64,000 nt of DNA from a virus (IMGVR_UViG_3300047359_001782:1-64000); one strand, 5' to 3'. Positions 1-9,690 are shown, numbered from the stretch's first letter. Program-made: numbers and translations. The notes: generated by a model not told the origin, from the sequence alone.

Positions 1-23
1 TTGGTTTAAAAATATTAAAAATT

Positions 24-314
24 TTAGAAAATAAACTCATCGTATGCGAATATAGGTTTGTTTGGGTTATCCATTCCACTAAATGTTCCAAGTGTGTTAT
101 ACTCGAAAAACTCTATTGCTTCTTCAGCAGTCATTCCATCGACTTTGCTAAGAGCATCAATGATCTTGTTTGCCGAATAAATAAGCACTCCGTTTGTATC
201 AAACCCAATGATTGCTCGATTGAAAGTCGATTGAGGTTCTAACACAATCGCATCTTCATTAAGTTCTGCGACTTGATCTAAAAAATAATCTTGTTCTGTC
301 AATTCTTTTGTCAT
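24..314 (-). CDS. hypothetical phage protein
   Basis: 96-aa ORF; ATG lies 6 nt after a TTGACA-N17-TAAGAT promoter. Confidence 0.7.
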   Translation of the reverse strand: MTKELTEQDYFLDQVAELNEDAIVLEPQSTFNRAIIGFDTNGVLIYSANKIIDALSKVDGMTAEEAIEFFEYNTLGTFSGMDNPNKPIFAYDEFIF

Positions 315-320
315 TCTAAT

Positions 321-349
321 ATCTTACTAAACTTGTTTGAGCTTGTCAA
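321..349 (-). promoter_or_regulatory. sigma70-type promoter, leaderless
   Basis: TTGACA-N17-TAAGAT-N6-ATG(314), embedded in the 3' end of the upstream ORF. Confidence 0.75.
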
Positions 350-533
350 CAACCAAATTCATGCACTCTGATAATGTTGCATCGTCATCTACTTTTCTGA
401 TGTGAACACTAATTCTTTCATCATATTCAGTTTCTTCTGTTGGTAAAAAATGTAGCGTTGACATTTCATCCTTTAAAATGTTTTCAATATCTTCGGATGT
501 TAATCCTATTTCGATTTCGTATGACTTATTCAT
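327..533 (-). CDS. hypothetical protein
   Basis: 68-aa ORF tightly packed with its neighbours. Confidence 0.6.
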   Translation of the reverse strand: MNKSYEIEIGLTSEDIENILKDEMSTLHFLPTEETEYDERISVHIRKVDDDATLSECMNLVVDKLKQV

Positions 534-708
534 TTAAAAAACTATCCTTCATTTTTTCATGTAAAACTTCCATTCTGCGAACCGCTCGCCTAATTGAATT
601 CCATTCCGCTTTTGAATGTTCATCTTCTATGTGACCAATAAGCATATAGTGGTGCATACAATCTAAAACTTTTTGTAATGCGTTTACTTCGTACTTTGTA
701 ACTTTCAT
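526..708 (-). CDS. hypothetical protein
   Basis: 60-aa ORF overlapping the next start by 8 nt. Confidence 0.6.
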   Translation of the reverse strand: MKVTKYEVNALQKVLDCMHHYMLIGHIEDEHSKAEWNSIRRAVRRMEVLHEKMKDSFLNE

Positions 709-711
709 AAA

Positions 712-1473
712 TTATCTTTCTAAGCAGTAACTCCAATAGCGAGAATTTCTTCTGCCTTGAACCTTGTTCCAATACATCTCTCTTGCGACATTAGGTGAAA
801 TGCCATACTTGTTGCAACGAGCAAGCCACTCGTTCTCCATCTTCTCGTAGACCTTGAGGCTACTTGCATGACCATTAGATAGATCATGCCCCATGAAACG
901 CAACAAATGAACATCTAAGCAACAAAGTTGTGATTCAGTTGGGTAGCTAAGTGCAAGAGCATAAGTTGTCTTTGCGTTACCTAACCCATAAATTTTTCCG
1001 ATTAAACGATTGCGACATTCTTGCCAAGTCTCATCGTCTTGTTTCTTGAATTGGTTTGGGTCTTCACGAAACTTGGTTGCTAACTCCCATAATCCACGCT
1101 CTCTACGCTCATACAAACCTACTTTAGCTTTAACAATCATTTGCTTGAGCTTGTCTTTGGATATAGTCCAAGAAAGATCACTCATGGCAACTTCGTAACC
1201 TCGCACATTGCTCTCCCAAGTAGTATGAACGCTCATAATTGCAAATACCCAACGAGCAAACATTTCTGAATCGTCTTGAGGAATAAGGTTAGTCCAATAA
1301 TCAGTCTCACTTTTGACTGAACCAAATCTAAGATTGGCAAAGAATTGATCTACATCTTTGTGGGGATTCTCTTCTCGTTCTGCTTTAGCGGTTTCAAGAA
1401 GGTTTTTAACAGGAGTGATGGACTCGACTAAATCGAGAGCTTTATCTTTCAATGTATCTTGTGCAATATTCAT
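712..1473 (-). CDS. HhH-family DNA glycosylase/AP lyase (OGG2 / endonuclease III-like)
   Basis: HhH motif IYGLGNAKT with the catalytic-position Lys, then LDVHLLR (cf. LDRHILR), and N-terminal FAIMS resembling FCILT of archaeal-type 8-oxoG glycosylases. Confidence 0.7.
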   Translation of the reverse strand: MNIAQDTLKDKALDLVESITPVKNLLETAKAEREENPHKDVDQFFANLRFGSVKSETDYWTNLIPQDDSEMFARWVFAIMSVHTTWESNVRGYEVAMSDLSWTISKDKLKQMIVKAKVGLYERRERGLWELATKFREDPNQFKKQDDETWQECRNRLIGKIYGLGNAKTTYALALSYPTESQLCCLDVHLLRFMGHDLSNGHASSLKVYEKMENEWLARCNKYGISPNVAREMYWNKVQGRRNSRYWSYCLER

Positions 1474-1480
1474 GATTATA

Positions 1481-1508
1481 AGTATGACAGATTCGCAAGG
1501 AATGTCAA
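1481..1508 (-). promoter_or_regulatory. sigma70-type promoter, leaderless
   Basis: TTGACA-N16-CATACT-N7-ATG(1473). Confidence 0.65.
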
Positions 1509-1549
1509 GAGTTTTTTTCTTTTAATTTAAGTCTTTGTTTATCAATGTT

Positions 1550-1957
1550 TTATATCTCGGCAAAATCGAAAATAACAGGTTCTCCATTTAGATACCCACA
1601 ATTTCCTTCCCAAATATCGTAATCGCAACAAGAATCTTGTCCAATTAAGTCAGCTATATCGTTTCTTGCTTCTTCTGAATTTTCTGTATCTGCTCTTTGT
1701 TGTATCACAATTCTTTCGTCAATATAATATGGTTTAATGTAAAAATTTTTTAGTTTACTTGGCAACTTTGCAAATTCATCGTTAAGGGAACGAGCGATCT
1801 TGATAACATAACCCAACTTATTTTTTGAGTAAATTGACTTATAACTACCTTGATCTATCTCGTTGAACCCTTGAACGATTATTTGCTTTCTGAATTCTTC
1901 AGTATTTCTATTAAGTCCCAAGTAAAGGCTTAATGCCTTTGCCTTGGTGAACCTCAT
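1550..1957 (-). CDS. minimal protein-kinase-like fold protein
   Basis: Ordered motifs QGSYKSIY, VIKIA, DIWEGN, IFDF match the Gly-loop, VAIK, HxDxxxxN and DFG positions. Confidence 0.55.
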   Translation of the reverse strand: MRFTKAKALSLYLGLNRNTEEFRKQIIVQGFNEIDQGSYKSIYSKNKLGYVIKIARSLNDEFAKLPSKLKNFYIKPYYIDERIVIQQRADTENSEEARNDIADLIGQDSCCDYDIWEGNCGYLNGEPVIFDFAEI

Positions 1958-2208
1958 TACGAGACTCCAATAAGAGTATCATGGATCATGTGACGAGTCT
2001 TATAATCCAAGATTCTGCCTTCTTCATCTTGTGGTAAATCATTCAGAATTTCTTGAAGATCAAGTCCGAGAACTTCGCACATACAAGCAATCTTGCGGTA
2101 AATACCAATCTCTTTGTATTTCAAGATTGCCCATACTGAATCGACTTGAGCTTCATTCGCTTGAGATATTACATCAAGCAACTTTGTATTTGTTGTAGTG
2201 TTATTCAT
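1957..2208 (-). CDS. hypothetical protein
   Basis: ORF with likely ATG start at 2208 (MNNTTT); stop overlaps the next ATG. Confidence 0.6.
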   Translation of the reverse strand: MNNTTTNTKLLDVISQANEAQVDSVWAILKYKEIGIYRKIACMCEVLGLDLQEILNDLPQDEEGRILDYKTRHMIHDTLIGVS

Positions 2209-2225
2209 AATAATTTTTCTTTTAA

Positions 2226-3311
2226 TTAAATTGGTTCTACTCTCCACATTGATCTTGGTCTACCAAATTCTTCACAAACATAGTACCCTAGATCAGTAAC
2301 AATGTCAAGTATTTCCCCACAAGTTAATTCAGAACCTTTCATTCTGCTTTGAATCTGTTTTAGACTTGGATAATCACCATCCTCATGTTTATTCTCTATA
2401 TAATTTCTTATAGCTAAAGCATCTGAAGACATTTCATCTTCATCATAACAATCGCAACTACCACAATCTCCACTACAACCCTCATCTTCATCTGAATCAG
2501 AATCTTCTACGCTTCCATAGATAGGCTTATTAGCCTCGTAGACAGGTCTATTTAGCTCTACTCTAGTATCGGTAATGTCTGCCACTACCTCGTACTTTGA
2601 AACACGCAACTTCTGAAAGTCACAATCAGTTGGAACTGATACCGCATCACATGGATCAAATTTAACGACAAGTAATTTACCATTTTGCCCTGCCCAATTA
2701 TTAGCATAATCGTATGAACCAACATGAAGACCAAAAGAACAATGATTGTCCTTGTTATCGTCAACACATCTACGAGCGACTTCGATAGTCTCTCCGACTC
2801 CGTTGAAGATTTGATGATTACCATTAGTCTTGCCTTGTAATACAAGAGTATCCGCATTACCTGTTTGTGACCAATAGTCACCTTGAACACCCTTGTAACC
2901 TAAAACCATACCATCTTCATCACTTGGCAATGATTTGTAGCTCAAGAATGTATAGAGTTCATTAACAGAATTAGCACTTGGATTAGCTTGCAATCGCTTA
3001 ATGAAATTTACAAGCGGAGCAGAATCCTTCATGCCGTTACGAAGCATTTCGATAAGTTTATCGACAACAACACCATGTAGTCTATGACCTTTGTAGTAAA
3101 CTACTTCGTCACGCACTTCAATGTCTCCTTCGACAAAATTCTCTACCGACTTCTTAATGTCAATTAAATCTCCAAGGTCTTCGTATCTAGCATCATAAAT
3201 TGCTTTACGAGCAAGAGTGAAATTAGGATGATCTTTGCGAAGCGTATATGGCTTGCCATCCCAAAAGATCGTTAGTGAATTTTCGCTTAATGTATATGGT
3301 ACTTTCTTCAT
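2226..3311 (-). CDS. rIIB: T4 rIIB-like protein
   Basis: Motifs NPS..SV.ELY.FL, LGYKGV, CSFGLHVGS..YA, P.DAVSVP.D; directly downstream of an rIIA-like gene. Confidence 0.85.
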   Translation of the reverse strand: MKKVPYTLSENSLTIFWDGKPYTLRKDHPNFTLARKAIYDARYEDLGDLIDIKKSVENFVEGDIEVRDEVVYYKGHRLHGVVVDKLIEMLRNGMKDSAPLVNFIKRLQANPSANSVNELYTFLSYKSLPSDEDGMVLGYKGVQGDYWSQTGNADTLVLQGKTNGNHQIFNGVGETIEVARRCVDDNKDNHCSFGLHVGSYDYANNWAGQNGKLLVVKFDPCDAVSVPTDCDFQKLRVSKYEVVADITDTRVELNRPVYEANKPIYGSVEDSDSDEDEGCSGDCGSCDCYDEDEMSSDALAIRNYIENKHEDGDYPSLKQIQSRMKGSELTCGEILDIVTDLGYYVCEEFGRPRSMWRVEPI

Positions 3312-3319
3312 AGTAAATA

Positions 3320-3348
3320 ATTATAGTTTATAATTGAATAGTTGTCAA
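3320..3348 (-). promoter_or_regulatory. perfect-consensus sigma70 promoter
   Basis: TTGACA-N17-TATAAT-N8-ATG(3311). Confidence 0.85.
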
Positions 3349-3349
3349 G

Positions 3350-5635
3350 TTAAATTCTGTCACAATCTTTAATATAGTTGATAATATCTTCATTTGTCTC
3401 CTTGTCGTTTGATCCATAGGTATTTACACTTTTGCAAGCATACTTTAGCATTGGATATTTTGTTTTAATTGAATTAATATCTTTATAGAATTGCTTTGCA
3501 GTAAAGCCACTATCAAGATTGAATTGTAGCCAATCTTTGTGATTGCTTGATAGATAATTAACCAACTTCACGCACACGCTACTAGCGTTATTATGCACGA
3601 TTGACTTTATATCATCATGTACATGACATAGTATATGGTTGTTGTCAAAATGCTCTGTTAAGCGAAGAGACGCACTATTAAAAATCTTGCCAATATCATA
3701 TTGAAGGTTCGCTATCTCATGCTTCTTTCCATCATCATTTACAAGTCTTACTTTGTACGCTTTCTTCGCTTGCTTGAGGTTTTGCTTGAGGTAATTCTTT
3801 GCGAATTGCACATAAAAATCTGTGATACTAACCCAAGAATCAGAATCTAATTTAGATACATCTCCACTGCGAACACCGAATAATCGAAAAGATTTTTCTT
3901 GCGAATTCTCTTCTGCGTGTTGTCTAATGAACAACATTCTTTTCTGCATTATATCAAGATCAATAGCATCTCCTTCAATGTCAATCTTGTAATTTTTGAT
4001 AGGAACATAAATAAATTTTCCATCAACTAATCCATCAGATTTTTTCTTGCCTTGCAGTTTAGAAATATCTTCATCAACGCTTTTCCAATAGTCTGCATTA
4101 CGATATATGTGATCTCTATCTCTCATTTCAAATAGCTGAATGTCTGCACGACTACCATTACTTTTGCGTACTCCACTACGCAATGGCTTTTGCTTTTCTA
4201 CTTGAGAAGTATATCTAATATGCTTTTCGTCTATCATGTCAAAACACCAATCATCATACAAAATTCTTTGTTTAATTGCATTAGTTTTTGGATAGATAAA
4301 GAATATGGTTTCGAGTTCAGAATCTTCTGCGAATAGAGTTCTTGCTCTCAAGTTGTTGCCATGAGAAGACTCAATATCTTGAATGAGAAATAAAGAATTA
4401 TCTTGACAATGAACACGACTTGTTTTCTGCGAACGAACCCTAAATCCATCTCTCGCATCTTTGTCTGATTCTCGATCTGTTTGCGTAATAATGCAATCCT
4501 CATGGTCTTGATGACCTCTGTAAAAAGAAGATGAATTAATTTGCAACCCATTCCATGTGAAAGAATTCTCGAAAATAGAACGCATTTGATGAGGCATTGA
4601 ATTTACAATTCTAGCATAGTTTCTCATTGCTTCCCATAAGTCTTCGGAATTAGCTAATTTTTCTTTTGCGATTGCTTGTACTTCTTCGCAAGTTTTAACT
4701 AATGCTTCCACAAGAGTTTTTTGCGTTGACTTATTGTATTCTAATGCTTCACGACTATGATGCAATTTTACTGCACCTAAAGGTAATCGCAGATAAAAAT
4801 TACTTTGTTTAAGTAAGTTGCGAATAATATCTAACTTTCTCGCATCATCTTTGATAAAATTTTCAACTAGAATAGATTGCGGATCAAGAGGATACGCAAC
4901 TCTACCCATGATGATATGAGAAGAACCATAATAATTGTAATCGTAGCGATCATCTTGAAGGAAAAACCATTCCTTGTTTTTGCTTGACAATGCGAATTCT
5001 TTCTTATTGATAAAATTATCTTCAACACCAAGAAACTTTGGCATCTCTTCATCCGAAAAGAATCTGAAGAACTTTGCAGTATCTTCTCTGAAAGCAGAAA
5101 TATCTGACTCTGCAACTGCAACTTCGATAGATAGTCCTGTTGGTTCAGAAGATTTCTCTTCATGTAATTTTACAATCTTGGTATCATCGTGTTCATCTAC
5201 AAAAATATTGTATGATGTTTTCTTTCCACCATGATAGGATACGCAGGTGAAGTTATCTCCATAAGAAAGAGGAGCGAATTTACCGATACCAAATGCACCA
5301 ATATAATTATTCGATTCTCTTTTGGTTGATTTGCCATACTTAGAATACAAACCAAAAACATCTTCTTGGCTCAATCCACCGCCAAAATCACGAACCGAAA
5401 AAGTTGGATTCATGTTGCTTGGCAATACAATTTCAATCTTACGCTTAGAATTTGCTTCTGTATTCGCATCTAGTGCGTTAGCACTAATCTCACGAATAAC
5501 CGCAAGGCGAGTGTTAGAGTAGTTGTTTCGCAAGAGCGAGGCAACATAACGCATATCTTCTGCATCAATCGTACAATTTACTGAATCAAAATCGTGTGAC
5601 TGAACAATAGTTTTTTGTGTTTTTTCAATTATCAT
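3350..5635 (-). CDS. rIIA: T4 rIIA-like protein with N-terminal GHKL ATPase
   Basis: REISANALDA, VRDFGGG, STKRESN..IGAFGIGK, SREALEY; 761 aa; paired with rIIB. Confidence 0.88.
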   Translation of the reverse strand: MIIEKTQKTIVQSHDFDSVNCTIDAEDMRYVASLLRNNYSNTRLAVIREISANALDANTEANSKRKIEIVLPSNMNPTFSVRDFGGGLSQEDVFGLYSKYGKSTKRESNNYIGAFGIGKFAPLSYGDNFTCVSYHGGKKTSYNIFVDEHDDTKIVKLHEEKSSEPTGLSIEVAVAESDISAFREDTAKFFRFFSDEEMPKFLGVEDNFINKKEFALSSKNKEWFFLQDDRYDYNYYGSSHIIMGRVAYPLDPQSILVENFIKDDARKLDIIRNLLKQSNFYLRLPLGAVKLHHSREALEYNKSTQKTLVEALVKTCEEVQAIAKEKLANSEDLWEAMRNYARIVNSMPHQMRSIFENSFTWNGLQINSSSFYRGHQDHEDCIITQTDRESDKDARDGFRVRSQKTSRVHCQDNSLFLIQDIESSHGNNLRARTLFAEDSELETIFFIYPKTNAIKQRILYDDWCFDMIDEKHIRYTSQVEKQKPLRSGVRKSNGSRADIQLFEMRDRDHIYRNADYWKSVDEDISKLQGKKKSDGLVDGKFIYVPIKNYKIDIEGDAIDLDIMQKRMLFIRQHAEENSQEKSFRLFGVRSGDVSKLDSDSWVSITDFYVQFAKNYLKQNLKQAKKAYKVRLVNDDGKKHEIANLQYDIGKIFNSASLRLTEHFDNNHILCHVHDDIKSIVHNNASSVCVKLVNYLSSNHKDWLQFNLDSGFTAKQFYKDINSIKTKYPMLKYACKSVNTYGSNDKETNEDIINYIKDCDRI

Positions 5636-5668
5636 TTTTCAATTAGGTTTTCTGTTAAACAAGACTCT

Positions 5669-5697
5669 ATTATAATATAGGTTAAAAAGGTTGTCAA
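5669..5697 (-). promoter_or_regulatory. perfect-consensus sigma70 promoter of rIIA, leadered
   Basis: TTGACA-N17-TATAAT, 33 nt before the ATG. Confidence 0.8.
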
Positions 5698-5705
5698 GAA
5701 AAAAG

Positions 5706-5930
5706 TTACTGCAATCTTCCGTTGCCATCTAAAACATTCCGCAAGCAACTTGATTGACCCTTCCTTGAGGTCATTGATTTTGCTTGATTAAAACTCTCCG
5801 CACTAGCGTATTGAACTAAAATTGGAGTGCTTTTATCTAAATAAACCATCATACCCTTGCGAGGTTGTGATGCTAACTCTTTTTCATGCTTCGCAATCGA
5901 AGCGTTCATGTCTGCAATAAAATCTGTCAT
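5706..5930 (-). CDS. hypothetical protein
   Basis: 74-aa ORF with its own promoter TTGACA-N17-TAGTTT-N6-ATG at 5937..5965. Confidence 0.65.
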   Translation of the reverse strand: MTDFIADMNASIAKHEKELASQPRKGMMVYLDKSTPILVQYASAESFNQAKSMTSRKGQSSCLRNVLDGNGRLQ

Positions 5931-5944
5931 GCTATTAAACTAAA

Positions 5945-6358
5945 TTAATTTTCGGATGTTGTCAAGCCTTTTTTTTGAAGTTCATCTACCAATTCGTAAA
6001 TTCCCCCATAATAATACTCTAGGTTGTATTGCTCTGCGAATTTTTTAGCTAAAGAAACAAAACTATCTGCTCGATCAAAAGATTCGTATATGTCTGCATC
6101 TTCATACCAAGATTCGTAGGCTGAAATCATCAACTCGAAAGTTCCATCGAATCGCAATTTTTTTTCCATCCATTTAGGTACATTTTCTCCACCTTTTTCG
6201 TAAAGCTCAACTTGACCTAGATGGTCGGGATAAAACTTCATGTGCTTCTTAACAGGTGAATTCATTATCCACCTCTCAAAAATTTCACAAAGTTCCCAAT
6301 TATCCTCTTGTGTTTTATTTGTTCTTCTAAAAAATACTGAATGTGCTTCTCCGCTCAT
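5945..6358 (-). CDS. hypothetical protein
   Basis: 137-aa ORF with its own promoter TTGACA-N17-AATACT-N6-ATG at 6365..6393. Confidence 0.7.
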   Translation of the reverse strand: MSGEAHSVFFRRTNKTQEDNWELCEIFERWIMNSPVKKHMKFYPDHLGQVELYEKGGENVPKWMEKKLRFDGTFELMISAYESWYEDADIYESFDRADSFVSLAKKFAEQYNLEYYYGGIYELVDELQKKGLTTSEN

Positions 6359-6398
6359 TCTTAAAGTATTGCAGAATCAAAACTACTTGTCAAGCTTT

Positions 6399-6596
6399 TT
6401 ATGTAAAGTCTTTATCTTCAAGGATTTCCGAAAGTTTTTTATCGAATAGTTTTGCAAATTTTTCGTGAGCATCAGCAAATCCTTTGTCGTACCCATCTTG
6501 CCATAACTGCAAATCTTTTTTTGTGCAATTATTTTTTGAGTCGTTTTTGCCTCGCTCATAATAAATGTGTTCAACTATTGATTCATCCATGTTCAT
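6399..6596 (-). CDS. hypothetical protein with GYDKG motif
   Basis: 65 aa; similar to 9614..9814. Confidence 0.6.
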   Translation of the reverse strand: MNMDESIVEHIYYERGKNDSKNNCTKKDLQLWQDGYDKGFADAHEKFAKLFDKKLSEILEDKDFT

Positions 6597-6819
6597 TATT
6601 TAGTATATCACTTTCGTCAATCCATTTATTTGAGAATGGACATTTTCTTTCTAGTTTTACTAATTTAATATTCCAATGTTTGGCATCCATCATTTCGTGT
6701 TGATATTCTAATGCTTCTTCTGCATTATGAGCCATATAATAATGGTAATTGTGCCCTACTGAATTTCCGCTAATATACTCTATGCGAAACTCATATAATC
6801 TTTCCTTTTGTTCTGCCAT
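6583..6819 (-). CDS. hypothetical protein
   Basis: 78-aa ORF in a packed minus-strand array. Confidence 0.6.
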   Translation of the reverse strand: MAEQKERLYEFRIEYISGNSVGHNYHYYMAHNAEEALEYQHEMMDAKHWNIKLVKLERKCPFSNKWIDESDILNNEHG

Positions 6820-7177
6820 AATAATGCCAAATAATATGTCCTAGTATTTCTATTTCATTTAACTTTGGTGGAGCTAATACTTCTAAATTTATTATATCTT
6901 CCACTTTTAGATTTTCTAATGACAATATCTCATCGCTTTCTTCTTCAATAAAATTCGCATCATACTCTCCATCTTCTAATTCAGTAAGAATGAATGATTT
7001 AGCTATATTGTTTTTTTCTTGAGATTGTCTTATTTTTTTTATTAAATTATGTATATCAAGGGAAAGTTCTATTACCTTGTGATCTTTTTCTTTTTTAAGA
7101 TAAGTTTTATATATCTGATTAAAGATAGTTTTATATGATTTTCCTTTTAATAAATCTCTGAATGTAGGTATAACCAT
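6791..7177 (-). CDS. hypothetical protein
   Basis: 128-aa ORF preceded by the GTGTA-N9-ATG motif (7187..7191). Confidence 0.65.
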   Translation of the reverse strand: MVIPTFRDLLKGKSYKTIFNQIYKTYLKKEKDHKVIELSLDIHNLIKKIRQSQEKNNIAKSFILTELEDGEYDANFIEEESDEILSLENLKVEDIINLEVLAPPKLNEIEILGHIIWHYYGRTKGKII

Positions 7178-7195
7178 ATAAATATTTACACATAA

Positions 7196-7381
7196 TTAGT
7201 ATAAATTCTGATCGCTCCAATAAAGATTCCCAAATAAAACTAAATCTACTGAATCTCCGTTGTCTATTTCGATTCCAACCGCATCTCCTTCATTTACTAC
7301 TTCGTCCGTATCTTGGTAAAAAAATTCTTCTACTTCGCTTGCGGAAACTATTTGCCAATTATTTGTATCTTTCATATTCAT
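7196..7381 (-). CDS. hypothetical acidic protein
   Basis: 61-aa ORF with ATGA overlap to the upstream gene. Confidence 0.6.
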   Translation of the reverse strand: MNMKDTNNWQIVSASEVEEFFYQDTDEVVNEGDAVGIEIDNGDSVDLVLFGNLYWSDQNLY

Positions 7382-7641
7382 AAATCTATATCTAGGTTTT
7401 CGTATTTTTTAAGGTCTAAATATTCATATAACCAATGACCGAATTCTTGTAAGTCATATAAAAATCTTTTCGGATTATCTTGTTTGCTCCAAAATAATTC
7501 TTGGTCAATTAATAATTCATGTCGTTTATTTATTTCGTCTAATTGTTCGATGGAAGGGTTTAATTTTTCTATTTGAGAGTAAATTAAATTAATTGCTTGC
7601 ATCGTCACACTGATTTTATCATTGACATTATATTTATTCAT
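7378..7641 (-). CDS. hypothetical protein
   Basis: 87-aa ORF. Confidence 0.6.
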   Translation of the reverse strand: MNKYNVNDKISVTMQAINLIYSQIEKLNPSIEQLDEINKRHELLIDQELFWSKQDNPKRFLYDLQEFGHWLYEYLDLKKYENLDIDL

Positions 7642-7808
7642 TAATCTAAATTAGTTATAACGCTCACCGCTTCTTCAACAAGTTCATTTATATGTTTAAA
7701 TAAATTTTCTTCTAACTTATTTGCTAATATTTTGCGAGCAGATTCGCTTTGTAAATTAATCTGAGAGTCTTGAAAAGACTCCAAAGTTTGCATTATTATT
7801 TCGTTCAT
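7641..7808 (-). CDS. small hypothetical protein (55 aa, not in ORF track)
   Basis: MNEIIMQTLESFQDSQINLQSESARK...; promoter TTGACA-N17-TATACT-N7-ATG at 7816..7844. Confidence 0.65.
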   Translation of the reverse strand: MNEIIMQTLESFQDSQINLQSESARKILANKLEENLFKHINELVEEAVSVITNLD

Positions 7809-7833
7809 AGTATTTAGTATATCATGTATTTAT

Positions 7834-8091
7834 TTATTTGTCAATAGGATAATCGTCAAATTCATCAGATTCAGGATCAAATTCAGGAAAAAGATAACTT
7901 AATTGAGTTCCATCGTCTTCTTCTGCCATAAGTGCTTCATATCTTATTTGACCTGCAACTTCATGCCAAAGACCTTGAACCATTATATTATTTTGAAAAT
8001 TAGGTTTAAATGTTTCAAACATATGAAATGATACATATCTTCTACTCTTCTCTCCAACATCCATTGTCATAATCTTCTGTACATAAAGCAA
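7834..8091 (-). CDS. hypothetical protein
   Basis: ORF fills the gap; true start probably an internal Met. Confidence 0.5.
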   Translation of the reverse strand: MLYVQKIMTMDVGEKSRRYVSFHMFETFKPNFQNNIMVQGLWHEVAGQIRYEALMAEEDDGTQLSYLFPEFDPESDEFDDYPIDK

Positions 8092-8341
8092 GAGATTCTA
8101 AATCATAAATAGATTGAGTCATCGTATGAAAACAATGCCTATCATCCATTTCTCTCCATATTTTTTGTACGACATTATTTCGCTCGGATGTATTTATATT
8201 TGAACTGACTTGCTGAACAATTGGTCTCCAAAATTTATAAGATACTCTTTTCCTTATTTGTTTTTTAGTATGTCGTAATTCAATACCTTTATTTGTGAAA
8301 AAGTCTTTTATCTCTAATAAATTAAATCTTACTTTTTTCAT
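8042..8341 (-). CDS. hypothetical protein
   Basis: 99-aa ORF. Confidence 0.6.
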   Translation of the reverse strand: MKKVRFNLLEIKDFFTNKGIELRHTKKQIRKRVSYKFWRPIVQQVSSNINTSERNNVVQKIWREMDDRHCFHTMTQSIYDLESLALCTEDYDNGCWREE

Positions 8342-8455
8342 CTTCTGCTAGTAAGAATATCTACTGCAAAAATTAAAAACATAATCATAGCTAATAATGT
8401 AATAAAATCAATCATAATATCTTATTTCTCCGTCTTTGTATTTGAATAATTCATG

Positions 8456-8692
8456 TTATATAGATTGTGCTATTGCTTCTTCGTATTGCGAATTGTATTT
8501 CTTTTTATTAACTTCGTATTCTTGCCACATCATTTCATAGCGAGTTTTATGTAATTGATTCATTCCAATCAACATATTTAATAACTCATCTTCTGTAAAT
8601 CTACGAGTAGAATCTCCGATTGCATATATCATTGCTTCTATATCTTGCTCGATATGATTTAATCTGCCCATTGCTTCTTCTAATTTATTCAT
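8456..8692 (-). CDS. hypothetical protein
   Basis: 78-aa helical ORF. Confidence 0.6.
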   Translation of the reverse strand: MNKLEEAMGRLNHIEQDIEAMIYAIGDSTRRFTEDELLNMLIGMNQLHKTRYEMMWQEYEVNKKKYNSQYEEAIAQSI

Positions 8693-8903
8693 CTAACTCT
8701 CCATAAAATTTTGTGAGATTATCTAATCTATCTTGTGCATCAGCTAGAAGCGAAAGGGCTTCTTCTGCGTTCTTGTAGTAATCTTCTGTGGAGTGATCTC
8801 CTATGCCTACCGCATGATTTCCAAGTAGATCAAGGCTCAACTTTGCTTTTGCTACATCCGCTTCAGCGGAACTTTTTAACATATTGTATAAGTATTCGTT
8901 CAT
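8685..8903 (-). CDS. conserved-type small phage protein (VGIGDH motif)
   Basis: 72 aa with AVGIGDHS; promoter TTGACA-N17-CATACT at 8936..8964. Confidence 0.65.
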   Translation of the reverse strand: MNEYLYNMLKSSAEADVAKAKLSLDLLGNHAVGIGDHSTEDYYKNAEEALSLLADAQDRLDNLTKFYGELDE

Positions 8904-9020
8904 TTATTTATATTTAAATTTATTCTCTACCTGTTAGTATGAACCATATTTGGAAGATTGTCAACAAAAAACATACTCCTACCAGCCCAAATAAATCTTT
9001 AACTGCATTTAATTTTTCTT

Positions 9021-9293
9021 TCATTTATCGTATGGGGACACATCTTTATTTTGGGCTATTTTTTTGTCTTCGTAGTCTGAAATTAATCTGCGATACAATT
9101 CCATTTTTGCACAATCTAACACTCCAACAATATCATTGTATGTTTGGTAGCTTTCTTTATTTTGCAAAATATATTGTGCAACTACTTGGTGAATAGCATA
9201 ATTTAATGCTCCTGCGTTAGTAAGTTCTGATAGATGTACGGCTAATAAACCTTTGTCTATTTTATCTTTTTCTGATTTTGCTATATAAGGCAT
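9021..9293 (-). CDS. conserved-type phage hypothetical protein (MPYI...G.LNY...ELYRR...YED.K)
   Basis: Motif pattern typical of a phage family; promoter TTGACA-N17-TATCAT-N6-ATG at 9300..9328. Confidence 0.7.
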   Translation of the reverse strand: MPYIAKSEKDKIDKGLLAVHLSELTNAGALNYAIHQVVAQYILQNKESYQTYNDIVGVLDCAKMELYRRLISDYEDKKIAQNKDVSPYDK

Positions 9294-9324
9294 AGATCAA
9301 TGATAGCATATTAGCTGTTGTATG

Positions 9325-9690
9325 TCAAGAATTAAATTGAGTTTTCTTTCTGCACTCCCAATTTGATTTTGCCATTTCTCTTTGTCTTCTAATTTCATTG
9401 TCATCTTTTTGCAACCAAGCAATCGCTTTATCTTCTGCAACTTTGCCATCAAGAACTTCTCTGACAATAAATTCTACATTTCTAGCGGTCAAACGATAGG
9501 GATAATTTCTATAAAGAAACTTATAAAACTTACCGCTTATTTTGCCGTGTTTTAATTTTTTATGCAAGAATCTTCTGTAATTGCAGTTTTTAGTATTATG
9601 TATTGGTTTCATTTTATTTTTTATTCCAAAATCCACACACGCAAGGTTTATTATCTTTTTGATTTGCACCATCTTCATAACCCTTGTCAT
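9325..9690 (-). CDS. hypothetical basic protein
   Basis: ORF; true start probably the internal MKPIHN near 9612. Confidence 0.5.
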   Translation of the reverse strand: MTRVMKMVQIKKIINLACVDFGIKNKMKPIHNTKNCNYRRFLHKKLKHGKISGKFYKFLYRNYPYRLTARNVEFIVREVLDGKVAEDKAIAWLQKDDNEIRRQREMAKSNWECRKKTQFNS

